Part shown: positions 1-13,532 of the stretch, piece after piece
Layout: each line of letters starts with the position of its first letter
Position numbering within the stretch: position 1 is the first letter of the stretch
Source: Camelus dromedarius
Lineage: Eukaryota
Assembly (NCBI RefSeq): GCF_036321535.1
Contig: NC_087436.1
Coordinates: forward strand, 83,764,001-83,828,000
Direction of reading: 5' to 3'
Length of the DNA: 64,000 nucleotides
Made by a program: the position numbers and the translations under genes
Notes under the pieces: model-generated
The model's input: only the letters and a program-made list of their open reading frames with translations
The model's database searches: none
Told to the model about the DNA's origin: nothing

Positions 1-485
1 GGGTTAAAATGATTATTTTATTTTGCTTAGTACTCTTTTGTGTCAAGAATTCAGGATAGGCTCAGCTAGGCAGTTCTCAAATAAGGTATTTCATGTATTT
101 ACAGTCAGAAATCAGCTGGAGTTGTAGTTACAATCTGACTCATTTGGGCTGGAATCCAAAATAGCTCCTCCTCTGGCTGACAGTTAATGCTGGCCATTGA
201 CTGGGTGGACCCAGATGGACTTTCACCTGGATCACCTACGTATGGCTGTTAGGACATGATAGTCTCAAGCAGTCGAACTTCTTACATGGTTACGGGCCTC
301 CTCTAGATCCCAGAGCAAGAATCCCAGGAGAACTAGGTGGATGCCTCATGACCTTTTCCAACCAACCTTCAGAAGTTGCACAATGTTATTCCCCTTCATT
401 CTATAGGGTGAGGAGGTCAGATGCTCATCCAAATTCAGGGGGACTGGATATAGATCCACAGTTCAATTAGAGGAGCGTACAGAAT
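1..485 (-). mobile_element. MaLR LTR (old MLT1-type), partial
   Basis: Antisense MLT1-like motifs: 'tcaagaattcaggataggctcagctaggcagttct', 'gaagttgcacaatgttattcc', 'ccaaattcagggggactggatatagatcca'. Confidence 0.65.
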
Positions 486-504
486 TTAGAACTTGATTTT
501 TTTT

Positions 505-3500
505 TTCTGTTTCATTAATCTGTCTATCTTGATACCAACACTGTAGCTTTATGATAAATCTTGGCATCAGGGAGTGCTAGTTCCCTAAATTTATTCTTAT
601 TTTTCAAAATTGATTTGGCTATTGTAGGTCCTTTGTATTTTCATATATATTTTAGAATCAGTCTGCCAACTTCTAAACAAAAGCTTACTGAGATTTTGAT
701 TTGGATTGCATTGGCTCTATAGATCATCCTGGGGAGAACTGACACTTTAGCAATATTGAGTCTTCTGACCCATGAGTATAGCATATCTCTCCATTAATTT
801 AGGTCCTCTAATTTTACTCTGCAGTGTTTGTACTTTTCAGTGTCCTGGTCTTTCATGTCTTTTGTCAATTTATTCTTAACTATTTTACTTTTTAGGCTAT
901 TGATTTTGTATATTGATCTTGTATTCTACAAACCTTGATAAAGCCATTTTTTAGTACTCTTAGCTTTTTTGTAAGTTCTATTGGATTTTCCACATAGACA
1001 ACCATGTCATTTGTGAATAAAGACAGTTTTACTTCTTCGTCTCCAATCTGGACGCCTTTTATTTATTTTCCTTGCCTGACTGCACTGGCTAAAACCTTCA
1101 GCACAATGTTGAATAGGAATGGTGAGAATGGACATTTTGGGCTTATTTCTGAGCTTAGAGGGAAAGCAATCTGTCTTTTACCATTAAGGTATGATATTAG
1201 CTGTAGGATTCTATAAGAAGCCTTTATCAGATTAGAGGAATTTCCTCTCTCTCCTAGATTGCTAAGAATTTTTTTTTTTTAAATCAGGAATGAATGTTAG
1301 ATTTTGTCAAGTGGTTTTACTGAGTCTTTTGAGATTATCATATGGCTTCTGTTTTCCAATTTATGTATATGGTGATTTATAGCGAAGGATTTCAAACATG
1401 AAAACAACCTAGCATTTTTGAGGTCAACCCCATTTGGTCATAATGTATTATCCTTTTTGTATATTGTTCTCTTTGATTTGTTAAGGTTTTGCTTAGAATT
1501 TTTGCATCTGTGTTCGTGAGGAACATTAGTCCACAATTTTGTTTTCTTCAAATGTCTTTGTCTGGTTTTTATATCAGGTCAATGCTGGCCTCATAGAAAG
1601 GGTTGGAAAATATTCCCTACTTTTCAATTTTCTGGAAGAGTTTGTGTAGAGTTGGTTTTACTTCCTTTAAAAACATTTTGTAGGATTCACTGAAGAAGCC
1701 ATTTTGGCATGGGATTTTCTTTGTAGGAAAGTTTTTAACTAGAAATTTAATTAAAAAATGGATATGTGGCTGTTTTCTTTTTGACTGCATTTTGCAATTT
1801 ATGTCTTGCCAGGAGTTGTATCTAATGTATTAAATTTACTGGCTTCAAGTTGTTAATATTATTCTCTCATTTTCCTTTTAATATCTGTAAAATCTCTATG
1901 TCACTCCTCCCATTCCTGATACTGCCAATTTGTGTTTTCTTTCTTTCTTTTTATCCTTATCCATCTGGTTAGAGATTTTAGATTTTATTGATCTTCTGAA
2001 GGAAATAGCTTTTAGTCTTACCGATTTTTTTTCTGTTGTTTTTCTATTTTCTACTTCATTGATTTCCACTTTGATCTTTATTTTCTTTTTTCTAGTTTCT
2101 AGGGGCTTAATTTGCTCTTATTTTTCTATTTTCTTAATGTGGAAGCTAAGGTTATTGATTTGAGAGCTTTTTTTCTAATATAAGCATTTAGCACCGCACA
2201 TGCTTCCCTGTGGGCACCACTTTAGTGGCATCCCAGAGATTTTGATATTTTCGATTTTCATTCCATTTAAAATACTTTCTAGTTTCATTTTTGATTTTTC
2301 CCTTGATCCATGAGTTATTTAGGAGTGTATTACTTAGTTTCCAAATATTTAGTGATTTTGCAGAGATCTTTGTTATTGACTTCTGATTTAATTCTATTTT
2401 GTTCAAAAAAAATTACATCGTATAAATTAACTCAGCTTAACCTTATTGAGACTTGCTTTCTGGCACAGAATATGGTCTATCTTGGTAAATGTTCTGTGTG
2501 TACTACAAAATAATGTATATTCTGTGGTAGGGTAGAGTGTTTTATAAATATCAGTTATGTTGTTTGATAGTATTGTTCACATTTTCTATAACTTTATTGA
2601 AATTTATTTTTTCTCTCTACTTGTCTTATCAATAATTGAAATAGACATACTGAAACCTCCCACAATAATTTTGGATTTGTTGATTTATCTTTTTAGTTCT
2701 GTCAGTTTTTGCTTCATGTGTATTAAAGTTCTGTACTTAGGTACATAAATGTTTAGATTCTTATGTCATTTTAATAAATCCCATTATTCATAGGAAATGA
2801 ATTTTTTATCCCTGGTATTATTCTCTGCTCCCAAATATGTTCTCTGATATTAATATAACCACTCCAACTTTCTTTTGATTAGCATTAGCAGCGTATGTCT
2901 TTTTACAAACTTTTGCTTTTAACCTATGTGTGTCTTTGTATTTGGAGTGGGTTTCTTCTATGTAGCATATAATTGGGTCTTATTTTTTAAACCAGTCTAT
3001 CTCTGTTTTTTTAATTGGGATATCTGGATCATTTCCATTTAATGTATTTATTAAGATGGTTAAGTTTAAATGTATAATCTTATTATTTGTTCTCTAACAG
3101 GAGGCAGCCTGTTTTTTATTTACCTTTTCTGCTTTTCCTGACATTTTTTGGGTTAGAGGTTTTCTGATTCTATTTTAGCTCATTGGTTGCTTATTAGCTC
3201 TTACTCTTTTTTTTTAGTTGTTGCTTTAAAAGGGTGTATATATATATATTTTTTAATTTATCGCAGTCTATCTTCAAATAATATACCACCTCACGTATAG
3301 AACTTTTCAATGATTTACTTCCATTTCTCCCTTTTCTACCTTTGCATTTATTGTTGTAATGCATTTTACTTTCACATATGTTCTAAACCACATGCCACTT
3401 GTCATTCGTTTTGTAGAAATACAGGTTTAACAGTAAGAAATTGAAATTAAAAGAAAAAAATCTTATACTTCTAACCACTTCTAATACTCTTTGTTTATTT

Positions 3501-3895
3501 GTGTGGATTCATATTTCCATCGTTTTCCTTCTGTCCAAAGAACTTCCTTTACCATTTCTTATAATGTGGGCCTGATGAAATTCTTTGGCTTTTATGTGTC
3601 TGAAAAGTATTTTGTCTTCATTTTTAAAAGATGTTTTGGGAGCTATAGTACTTGAGGTTGACAGCTTTTTCTTTCACTACTTTAAAGATTTTACTCTACC
3701 CTCTTCTCACCTGTATTGTTTCTGATGAGAAATCTAATGCCATCCGTACCTTTGTTCCTCTGTACATAACAAGCTTTTTTGTCTGGTTGCTAGGATCTTT
3801 TCTTTATCACTGGTTTGGGGAAGTTTGATGAAAATATGCCTTGATATAATTTTGTTCATGTTTCTTGGGCTTGGATTTGGTGAGTTTCTTGGATC
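505..3895 (-). mobile_element. Old L1 (L1M-type) ORF2 and upstream remnant
   Basis: T-rich antisense L1. Minus ORF 2188..2406 (…NIWKLSNTLLNNSWIKGKIKNETRKYF…YQNLWDATK…) matches the L1 ORF2 segment after the endonuclease. Many stops and frameshifts. Confidence 0.9.
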
Positions 3896-4870
3896 TAAAG
3901 TTATTACAACATACTGCTTTCATCAGAGAGAGATACTAATGTCAAAAACCCTTATAAATGAAATGAAAAAGTTTCTAAATGATGATACAAAATGGTTAAC
4001 TTTATTAAATAAAGATCAGCTCACTCCAGGATGTTTTAAAATTGTGTTATCATTTGGATGAGAGTCACATAAACCTCCTGTTATATATAATAATCTTGCG
4101 GCTACACAGAGGAAGAGTTTGCAATGTGTTTTAGCTAACAGGTGAATTACAGGAGGATTTCAAGGAGCAGTAGGCCAGATTTTGTCAGGTGTTTTGAAGA
4201 AGGCTACTAGCGACAGCAACTAGCTACTTAGCAGGCATTTTTCATCACGTGAACTAGCTGAAAAAGTATCCACCAGAACCTGGAGGAAGTAGTTTGACTT
4301 AAATTGACAGGATTCTTTGATGTATAAGAATCTGAATCTTTGAGAAAATTATACTGCAACAGGAAACCTTGAAATTTTGTCACTGCTGCTTGGGCTTGAG
4401 ACTAAAGAAGGTTATTAGCAAGACTTAAGCTTTGCTGAAACCACCTCGAAGAATCACAGAACAAAATGTAACAGTATTTTCTCTTTCTTTCAACACAAGG
4501 GTGAGAGGTCCTTTCTCTGAACCTTCTGCTCAGCCTGAGAACTTGACTTTGAGAGAAGAACAAGAGCTTTGTGGGCGGCAGTGTGATCGTGCAGTCGAGA
4601 TGGGGCTTACTGATCTGCCCCCAGACCAGATCTGGATTTCTGGGAGGAGAGAGTACCTGCCATTCAGAGGAAAGCAGCGAACATTTCGTTGCAGTTTTCT
4701 ACTCGTTACATATGTGAGGAAGCTTTGACTTGCTAACAATCATCATGAGCAAGGATGAAAATCAGCTCATTTTAGTTGAAAATGAAATCCATGTGTGTCC
4801 ATCTCAAGTTTGATCCAAAATTGAGTAACTGTGCATTAGAAAAACAAGCATGTTTCAATTCATTTTTGAG
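3896..4870 (+). mobile_element. hAT-Charlie (Buster-like) transposase fossil, C-terminal half
   Basis: Frame-broken translation gives YCFHQREILMSKTL, KMVNFIK*RSAHSRMF, (LA)YLAGIFHHVN*L, RVRGPF…ENLTLREEQELC…IWIS…EY, and VENEIHVCPSQV*SKIE*LC. These are colinear with the Charlie/ZBED5-type motifs HCxxHRExL, LAYLxDIF and the hATC dimerisation region. Confidence 0.85.
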
Positions 4871-5249
4871 TTTCAAAAATAGCAATTTTTATGCATAAAG
4901 AGGCATATAAAAGAGATTTTTAAAAGTCAACATCTAGGTATAGTAATTCCAAAACTGTTTGGGCCTATAGGCCTGATAATGTTAGGAAGAAAATGATTTT
5001 TCAAAGCTTTGTATAAAAAATTATCTTAAGGTATACTTTTATTCATATTCTGTTGGCTTATGGTTTAGTAGCTATAATGATTGTATTGTCACTAATTTTC
5101 ATGTTGTAAATAACATTAACTAAATCAATTTATAACTTTTATTTAAATTGAATTAACCAAGCCTACCTTTAGAGAAAGTGAATTTTTTGACATAAATTGC
5201 TATTTAAGAGAAATTTATTATGTTTGCTTTATGTTTTAAACTTTATTTT

Positions 5250-5745
5250 ATTTTTTATTAAAAATTTTTTTTAGTTGAAGTATAGTTAGCTTACAATGTT
5301 GTGTCAGTTTCTGATGTACATTATAATGTTTCAGTCAGACATATACATATGTATATTTCTTTTCATATTCTTTTTTCATTATAGGTTACTATAAGATATT
5401 GAATATAGTTCCCAGCTCTATACAGTATGAACTTGTTGCTTATCTATTTTATATATAGTAGTTATTATCCGAAAATCTTGGACTCCCAATTTATCCCTTC
5501 CCACCCACTTTCCCTCCTGGGCAACCATAAGTTTGTCTTCTATGTCTCTGAGTCTGTTTCTGTTTTGTGAATAAATTTGTGTTTTTTTTTTTTTTAGATT
5601 CCACACATAAGTGATATCATACGGTATTTTTCTTTCTCTTTCTGGCTTACTTCACTTAGAATGATGATCTCCAGGTCCATCCATGTTGTCGCAAATGGCC
5701 TTATTTTATTCTTTTTTATGGCTGAGTAGTATTCCACTGGATATG
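5250..5745 (-). mobile_element. Cetartiodactyl-type L1 3' end
   Basis: Poly-T, then 'gttgaagtatagttagcttacaatgttgtg…ttagattccacacataagtgatatcatacggtattt…tttttatggctgagtagtattcc'. Confidence 0.9.
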
Positions 5746-5939
5746 TTTGGGGTGTTTTTTTTAAGCTAATTTATGAAAAGGAAAGTAAGGTGTTAATTTC
5801 AAGGTAAACCTAACTTCTTTTTCAAGAAAGTTTGGGTAAGCAGTCATTTTAGTTGTAAATAAGGGGAAAAAACCCACAGAGATTCCCTCATTAGCTACTG
5901 ATAGAGTAGACATTTAGGATAACGCTTTGGGCCCGTATA

Positions 5940-6385
5940 TGTGTGGTGGCCGTGAGCGCGAGCACTGCAGACCTCCAGCTGCCAGGACGAACCCGATCAC
6001 GGGCCCCGCTGCTGTGCTCTGAACCCCAGGCTGTGCTGGGGCTGAGGCTGCACCTGCCATGAACCGCTCCCAGCCGGTGACTGAGGGCGGCAGGAGTGTG
6101 GGAGCAGGCCTGTACCTGGAGGTCGGCAGTCTCTTTTTGGTTCCAAGACTCCCTGACAGAGCTGCTGACCCTTCCTCAGATTTCACCACGACATGGAACA
6201 TGCCCACCTCACCTCCCTTCCTCTCTGCTTCACGTGGAGTCATATGTGCTTCACCGTCTGGTGGCTTTCCCAGTCTTCCCAGGCTTCCCAGCCTTCCCAG
6301 TCTCTTTCTTTCAAAGGCGTTTCCCTAATAAAATCCTTGCATGTTTAATCCTGTCTTGGTGTCTTGGAGGACTTGGACTAACACA
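5940..6385 (+). mobile_element. ERVL solo LTR, LTR16-like
   Basis: Starts TGTG. Ends 'aataaaatccttgcatgtttaatcctgtcttgg…ggaggacttggactaacaca', the typical LTR16 3' end. TSD-like flanks ccgtata / ccggata. Confidence 0.8.
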
Positions 6386-7149
6386 CCGGATACAGTTAAA
6401 AAATCAAGTAGGAAATAAACATAAAAAGGAGAGCTAAATTTTCTCTGCCTACACTACCAACTCATGTTAGAGTTGGGGTCTTTGTGGGGAGAGAGATACA
6501 TACTTAGGCTAATAAATTATCTGCAGTATTCACAGAAAAAAATCATTTTCTTCTGTGACAATTATTGACAATTGTTATTGGATTATAATATCTATAACTT
6601 AGTGATCACATTAACATTCTGTGATTTGTAGATACAAGAATATTTATGTAGGAATTCATTGGGACTTGAAAATTATTTCCAGAATTCCTCTAGGGTAAAA
6701 AGATGAAAAATGAGTACTCTAGGCTATTTCTGACATGCTTCAACTTAATCTCGTTTCATTTCTTGATCCTCTGGGTGTTGTACTTCGTGTTGAAGCAGAA
6801 ATGTTTTGCTCCCACTTTGCAGTTCAAAGTAGCTGAGTCCAGTTCTTGCCAACACAGAAGCCCATCCTAAAAGCCACTTCCTGTCTGTTTCCTCTCATTT
6901 TATGTGATTTATGGGGTCTCTGACAGACTCTAGCTGGGCCGCAGAGTTAAAAGGCTAGATTCTAGTCCTACAGGGATTATGAAATTTTACAAGGTTATTA
7001 AGACAAAATTTATATACAAGGGCATTACAGGACTAGAGTTCACAGATTTAAGGAAGGAAAAACAAGTCAAAATTTGGGTATTAAACATGACAAAAATCCC
7101 AACTGCTATAATTGACACTCAAGATCAGGTCTAGGAGAGAGTAAAGTGA

Positions 7150-7365
7150 GAATTTAAGAGTATCCTCTTTGGACTCAATCTGCTTGAAACTTTGCTCTGT
7201 CACTGACTAACTGATGTTTGGCAAGTCATGTTATCTCTCTAGTTGACTTATCTACAAAAACAGGAATGATAACAACTGCTTAGAAGAATTAAATGCAAGA
7301 ATATAGGTAAAGTGCTTAGCACTATGCCTGGCGCAATGTAACCCCTCAATAAAGGGTGATATTTT
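7150..7365 (+). mobile_element. MIR SINE
   Basis: 'ggcaagtcatgttatctctct…gtaaagtgcttagcactatgcctggc…ctcaataaa'. Confidence 0.75.
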
Positions 7366-10066
7366 TCATTAGCAAGGATGATTTGGTGTAATTTTCCATC
7401 TGAGTGCTATACTACATAGTCACTTTGCATCTTTCATTGGGATCAAGTTCTTTTCATAGACTCATTTTTATCATTACCAAAGAAATCCTGGAAAATATGG
7501 AAGGAAAAAAAAAAAACAACGGTCCTGAGGTTCCCACAGTTCAGCATGTCCATTTTCATTCAGTGCCCATGCTTGAAGTCTGTCATCTCACTCCAGCTCT
7601 CCATGGTGTCCTTAAGCCTGGAGCTTCTCCACTAATCTTCTCCAGAGAATAAATGTTGGAAAGGAGAGGAAGGGATAGGAGTTGCTGGGAGGAACTAAGG
7701 GAGCTGCTGCCTTGCTTGGGTAGGAGAGGGGCTCTGGCCAGCTAAGCATTTTCGATGCTTTCAGTTGGACTTCCATTTTCAGATCCTGACTTCACACCCT
7801 TCTGAAGTAGTGGCTGCTTCCACTTGTGCAAGGTGGATGCACTCACTTTCCATCTTGGGTAATCCCTTCTGCAGATTTTCAGGTTGTCACTTCTTCTACT
7901 CTGCTACATTTGTTACTGCTCCTCCATCTACTTTCTGTCTTCTAAGAATTTGTTGAAATATACTGTTTTTGGTGCTTTCCCCTACCATTCTTTTTGTCCT
8001 TGAGAGTTAATACTTAAAAAAAAATTTTTTTTCCCTGTCATTTCTGGAAGATTTGAAAGATTGGGAGAGGATAAACACGTGTGATCAATCACTATTTTTA
8101 AACTTGAAGTACATGCCAGATTCTAATATCAGCTCATAGGATGAAAGCTGCATTTAGAAAAAATTAATCTTGAACTTGTATAGTATGGAAAGAAAAGTGT
8201 GTTTAAATATTAGAATCCCAGTCAGCCTAGTGAGATGCTTCTGCTGTGAGAGGCAGATGGGACCTTAGGCACAAGAGTAGTGTAGACTCCCATCTCCCAA
8301 TTTATATGCCTCTCAGAACATAATTTCATACATAGGCATGGCAAGTGGAATTGTCCATACTATTTTTTTAATGCTAGTACTTTTCTTTAACTTCTAAGTC
8401 TTTGCATAAATAAAATGTGTACAAGATGATAAAATGTAACCCTGCTACAGATTCTCAAACCCCTCTTTAAAAGACAGTTTGGCATAAGAGAATCTAAGCC
8501 AAATATATAAGCAAGATTAAACAGTCTTGACACAGAGATGGTGAGTTGATAGGTGCCAGCTAAGGACAATTGCTAAAAAGTGATACCACCTGAATTGGAA
8601 CCATGGACTCTTTCTACTCTGCGGACTCAACATCAGAGTTAAGAATCAGATTGAAATTGTGGAAAGACTTTGAGCAAGGGCTGTTTTGATTTTCCAGTGC
8701 ATGCCTAATAATGCAAATGAATCATACTTTGAATTTTTATTGATATAATTTGAAATAAAATAACATTAAAAATGAGATAATATGTTGTATAAGTACTTTA
8801 TGCTTGGATTGATTCAGTTTCTTTACCTCATTTAATCCTCTCAATAATTCAGTAAAATAAATATTGTTATTATCCTAATTTTACTGATGAGTAAACTAGG
8901 GCTTAAAGGAACTGAATACTTTCTTCAGGTCATACAGTGGCAGGACAGGATTTTGCGATTTTTTAAAAATCACTGCTGTATTCTGAATCGGGGGGATTCT
9001 CTGTTTGTTAAACTCAAACACTTAACAGAATATGATCACAACAGCCAACACTTAAATAGCTTCAACTGCCTCTGAAATTAAGTTCATAGTTCTTGGAATA
9101 GACACAATGTTAGGGGCAACAAGGGGAGGAACTGGAGAGAAGCATGTTTTGGACTTGCTACTGATTCATCAAAAATAGGCGATTATGATGGCAGTCAGCT
9201 CCCAAAGTTTTCTGAACATCAGGGTAAATTGTTCTCAAAATATATCTGGACTCAAAGTCACACTGATCTGATAGTGCTGTTTTCTAGATTGAAACTTAAA
9301 GAAGTAGTTCTTAGAGTTACTTTTCTTAAAGTGTCCAGTTTTATTTCAGCTTTATATATTCAGATTGACCTGTACTAATGAAAACCTTTCTGCATATTGA
9401 CAATCTATTCTAAAACTACGTATATAAAAATGCTAAATCTACCAATAATGGTAATAGTATTATTAATTAATTTCCTCACTTTAAAAATAGCCTCTCCTCC
9501 CTCCCCCCGCCTCAGGTTTATTTCAGTTTGTATTTTCAGACTACATCTGCTATCAGATATAGAGAAATGAAAGACCCAAAACCTCAGGTGATATCCAGAC
9601 CAGCTATCATATATAAAGAACACATCTTTATAGGCTAGCCTTTTTATATTTCTGGCTGACAAAAACTGTTTTATGAACAAAAGCATCAATAATTTTAAAA
9701 TATTTTTAATCTACATAAAGGCTTGAATAATAAGCCTTTAATGTGATTACCTCATGTCTTTAACATTAATGAAAAGAGAAAGATTTTTCCTGACATAAAA
9801 TAGAACAGTATTTGTTTGGGATCAAGTATAAACCAATGTTACCTCATATTTATTTTTAATTAGCATCCTTTTATAAAATAATGATCTTTTAATATATTTG
9901 ATATAAAAAGCTGGTCAGACTTAATTTCTTAATAAGATTTGCTCACAGAACTATAAGGAGTGGAGTCTATTACTAAATGTAGCAGTCCAACCTTTTAAAA
10001 GACAACCTTTTTTGTCCTTCACTTTTCCTGTTTTACATTTTGATCTCTGATATGCACAAAAGACTA

Positions 10067-10285
10067 TAGTAGACCCTTGGTCAACATGGGTTTGAACAAT
10101 GCAGATTCACTTATATGCAGATTTTTTCCCCAATAAATATGTACTACAAGACAAGGCAATCTGCAGTTCGTTGAATCCACTGATGAGGACCAATGGATAG
10201 GAGGGCCAACTGTAGATTTATACTCAGATTTTCAACTACGTGTGGGGTAGGCATCCTTAACCCTGTATTGTTCAAGGGTCAAGTG
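10067..10285. mobile_element. TcMar-Tigger MITE (Tigger2-like)
   Basis: Imperfect terminal inverted repeats 'tagtagacccttggtcaacatggg' / 'ccctgtattgttcaagggtcaagtg', flanked by TA dinucleotides. Confidence 0.8.
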
Positions 10286-10349
10286 TATTTGTTTTTAAGT
10301 CATTTCATGGTGATATGTCTTGCTTCTCTGCTAAAGTATAAATGTGGGG

Positions 10350-10600
10350 ACCATTCATAGTGATTAACAGCACTCCTGCAGCCAGACTCCTTAGTTCAAA
10401 TCCTAGTTTTCCCACTTTTGGTTGTGTGGCTTTGATCAAGTTACTTAATCTCTTTGTGCCTCAATTTTCTCAACCACAAAATGGGCATAATAATAATAAT
10501 TCTTACCTTGTAGGGTTATAGAAGGGATTAAATGTGCTAATACAGGCCAAACATTTTAAAATGTCTGGAAACCAGAAAGATTAAAAAAAAAATCCAAGCT
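10350..10600 (+). mobile_element. MIR SINE
   Basis: Core 'gttcaaatcctag…ttgatcaagttacttaatctctttgtgcctcaattttctc…aaaatggg'. Confidence 0.85.
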
Positions 10601-10838
10601 ATTATAAATATGAAAAATTTATTCCTACAATATTTTATTGCTAAGATACTGTCTCAGTCAGCTGGGCAACACTGCATCTCAGCCAGTATCTCTGCATCTA
10701 CTGATGGTTTTGGTAAGCTCTGTCTTGTATATTCATGTGATAAAAGTCCTTGGGGCATTTCTTTCAGTTCATGGTCATTGACAAAACTTTATATCTTGTA
10801 TATTCACTAAGGTTTTTTTCTTGCAGGAGAGTATATAT

Positions 10839-11276
10839 TGTTGTGGGCTGAATTTTGTCCTCGTCAAAAGATACATTGAAGTTCTAACACCAGTACCTCA
10901 GAGTATTGCCCTACTTGGAAATAGGGTCTTTGCAAGTTGAACCAGGTTAAGATTAGTTCATGAAGGTGGGCCCTAATTCAGTATGACTGGTGTCCTTGTA
11001 AAATGGGGAAATCTGGACACAGACACACAGAAGGAAGAAGATGTGAAGATGGCCACGGGACTGGAGGGGTGTATCGGAATGCCAAAGATTGTTGGAAAAC
11101 ACGACAAGCTAGGAAGTGGCAAGGAAGGATTTTTTCCTAGAGACGTCAGAGAGAACGCGGCCCTGGGACATCCTGATTTTGACTTTCTAGCCTCCAGAAC
11201 AGTGAGACAATAAACTTCTGTTGTTTTAAGCCACCCAGCTTTTGGTACTTTTATAGCAGCCCTAGGAGTGAATACA
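10839..11276 (+). mobile_element. MaLR solo LTR (MLT1C-like)
   Basis: TG…CA ends. Contains 'ggaaatagggtctttgca' and 'ctagcctccagaacagtgagacaataaacttctgttgttttaagccacc'. Confidence 0.9.
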
Positions 11277-11719
11277 GGTGTCATATAGATTTATCTACTT
11301 TCTGATTACTTGTCTTCACATCTAGAAACTGCAGAGGCTATAATTAACCATTCCCCCTCCCCCTCTTTTTTTTTTTTTTGTCTTGAACATCCTGTACTAT
11401 GGATTTGAAGAAATAAATACTTAATTTCTAGGTATAAATGAATTAATGAGATTATTTTTGATCAGTGAGTGAAAAACAAGCTGGTGAATGACTTACCAGT
11501 GTCTCAGCGAGGTGCTTGGACCTAGTTTTTTTTTTTTTTTTTTTTTTTTTTTCATTTTGTACTGATACACTTTTCAAGGATTATCTTTGTTAATAATTAA
11601 AAAATAAATAAAACTACCACTGCTATCTTCTGAAATGACCTACTTTTATATTCTGGGAGACAAATGTACTTGTAAAGTAAACTGTCTTTGGCTCCTTAAG
11701 TGCTCATCACAATCATAAA

Positions 11720-11860
11720 ACCACACAGTGGCTGATTTAGCAGGGAATTAACAGATCAGGTAGTTCAACTGCTTTATTTCTCAGCGGAGAAAGCTGAGGT
11801 CAAGAGAGGTCAGGTCACTCAGACTTCTGATGCGCAAGCTGAAGACTGAACTTCTTATCA
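11720..11860 (-). mobile_element. MIR fragment
   Basis: 'cagcggagaaagctgaggtcaagagaggtcaggtcact' matches the antisense MIR core gaggaaactgaggcccagagaggttaagtgact. Confidence 0.6.
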
Positions 11861-13532
11861 CTTTTTCTCTGCATCATGTCACAAGGGACTTAAACACAAT
11901 CTATCATATTTAAAAGATCAGATTTTCTGGATCTTTTTAATATTATCTTCATTGCTTATAGCACAGTAGCCTACTAAGGAGGAAGTGATAGCTGTTTACT
12001 GCTTATCTTGAATCCGTAAACAAACTTGCCATTACTAGTTATACAGAATGTGTTGTGTATGATTTGCCTGTCCTTGTGATAGGTAACACACCTTGAAGCC
12101 AGTGCATGTGAAGTCGACACTGTTTTCTAAGGGGAGGAGCCTTCTTTAGGGTGGCTAAGTCAGTAGGAATATTTCTAAATGAGGCATCAAGTGAGACTGG
12201 TCCTGAGTTTCAGAAGCACATAGACATTTTTAGTACGACCTCAGATCCCATCATAGCTGACTTTGGAAGCAACACAGATGAGGAGGTCATGAGAAAGATC
12301 AACAGACCAAAATAAAAGAGAATCTAAGAAAAACTACCAAGAGTAAAAAAAAGAGAAAAGGCATAACATCTTTAATAAATGACTTTGTCTAGAACTATTA
12401 GTCAATTCAGAGCTCGAAGATTCAACCTGGAGGTTAACAGTTTAATTAATATCTACTTATCTACAGTTACTTAAGGATCTCTCCTTATCTTCAAATAATA
12501 TTTGCTTCAAATAATATTATTGAACCTACTTTCTGCCAGAAATCATGCTAATTACAGATTGTCTTTTTCAACGCAACATACTGTAAGAAACCACAAATGT
12601 TGCCTTCATTTTACGGTAACGAAAATGAAGCTTAGAGAGTTTTAACAACTCACCTAATGTTGCATTGCTGGCTGATGATTGGGCCAAGATTTAGACTTAG
12701 ATCTAACTCCAATGACATTTCCATTCATTATCTAATCAGACAGGGTTGATAGAATCCCTGACTGGGCATCTTTCAGGTCTCCCTCCTGTTAGGTAACATA
12801 TGGGCCCTCCTGCTGGTTAAGCACTTGGGTCATCCTCTCCCTTGGAGGTCAGTTTTCAATATAATCCTTTCTTCTTTCAGGTGCTAGAGATTTGGACTGC
12901 TAATTTTTCTTTTTTCCAGCTGTCACTACTAATTCTCCCTCCTGTTATTCATCTCCTACTGGAATTCTAGAATAGAATACAGATTCCCTTTCCCCCTCTT
13001 TCTGTTATTTCTGACTTTAAAAAAAGTTTCAAACTTTTAATGAAAATCTCACTAGCAACTTCAAGTTGTAATATCATGATATTAACAATTACTGTTAATT
13101 TTGTGTGTGTATTAAATACAACAATCCTGAATGAATTAATAATTTTCATAGATTCATTTTTTTCCCGTTGTCCCTTTTTGAGGGAAAGAGCAAAAATGCC
13201 CCTCCCCCATAACCCAAAAAACAAAACTGGCATTGACTTCAGAACTAAATTATTCTGTTTAACAGACAGATTTATGTACCTGTGTTTAGTAAACTATGCA
13301 TAGTTCTTTTAATAGAATGGCTCTATAGTCTCAGGAAGACTTTTTTTAAAGGAGCAATTAAAACAAAGATTATTATCCAAAAATAGCCTGTTCATTTTAC
13401 AGTATTTTTACAGAGGGAAATATAGTATGATTTCTTACCTTGAGCAATTATAGTCTTATGGATTAGCTGGACAAGTATGTAAACACTATACAATGTGAAT
13501 TTTGCCATGATGATATTAAGCTCAACAGGCCA

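Noticed and set aside
4432..4728. 98-aa ORF as a domesticated ZBED/Buster gene
   Set aside because: It is part of a transposase fossil with multiple stops and frameshifts, and the N-terminal half is absent.
8254..8295. Hairpin agatggga…tcccatct as a miRNA precursor
   Set aside because: Only an ~8-bp stem with a large loop, too short for a pre-miRNA.
12489..12518. Short direct repeat cttcaaataatatt x2
   Set aside because: Trivial micro-duplication in AT-rich DNA.
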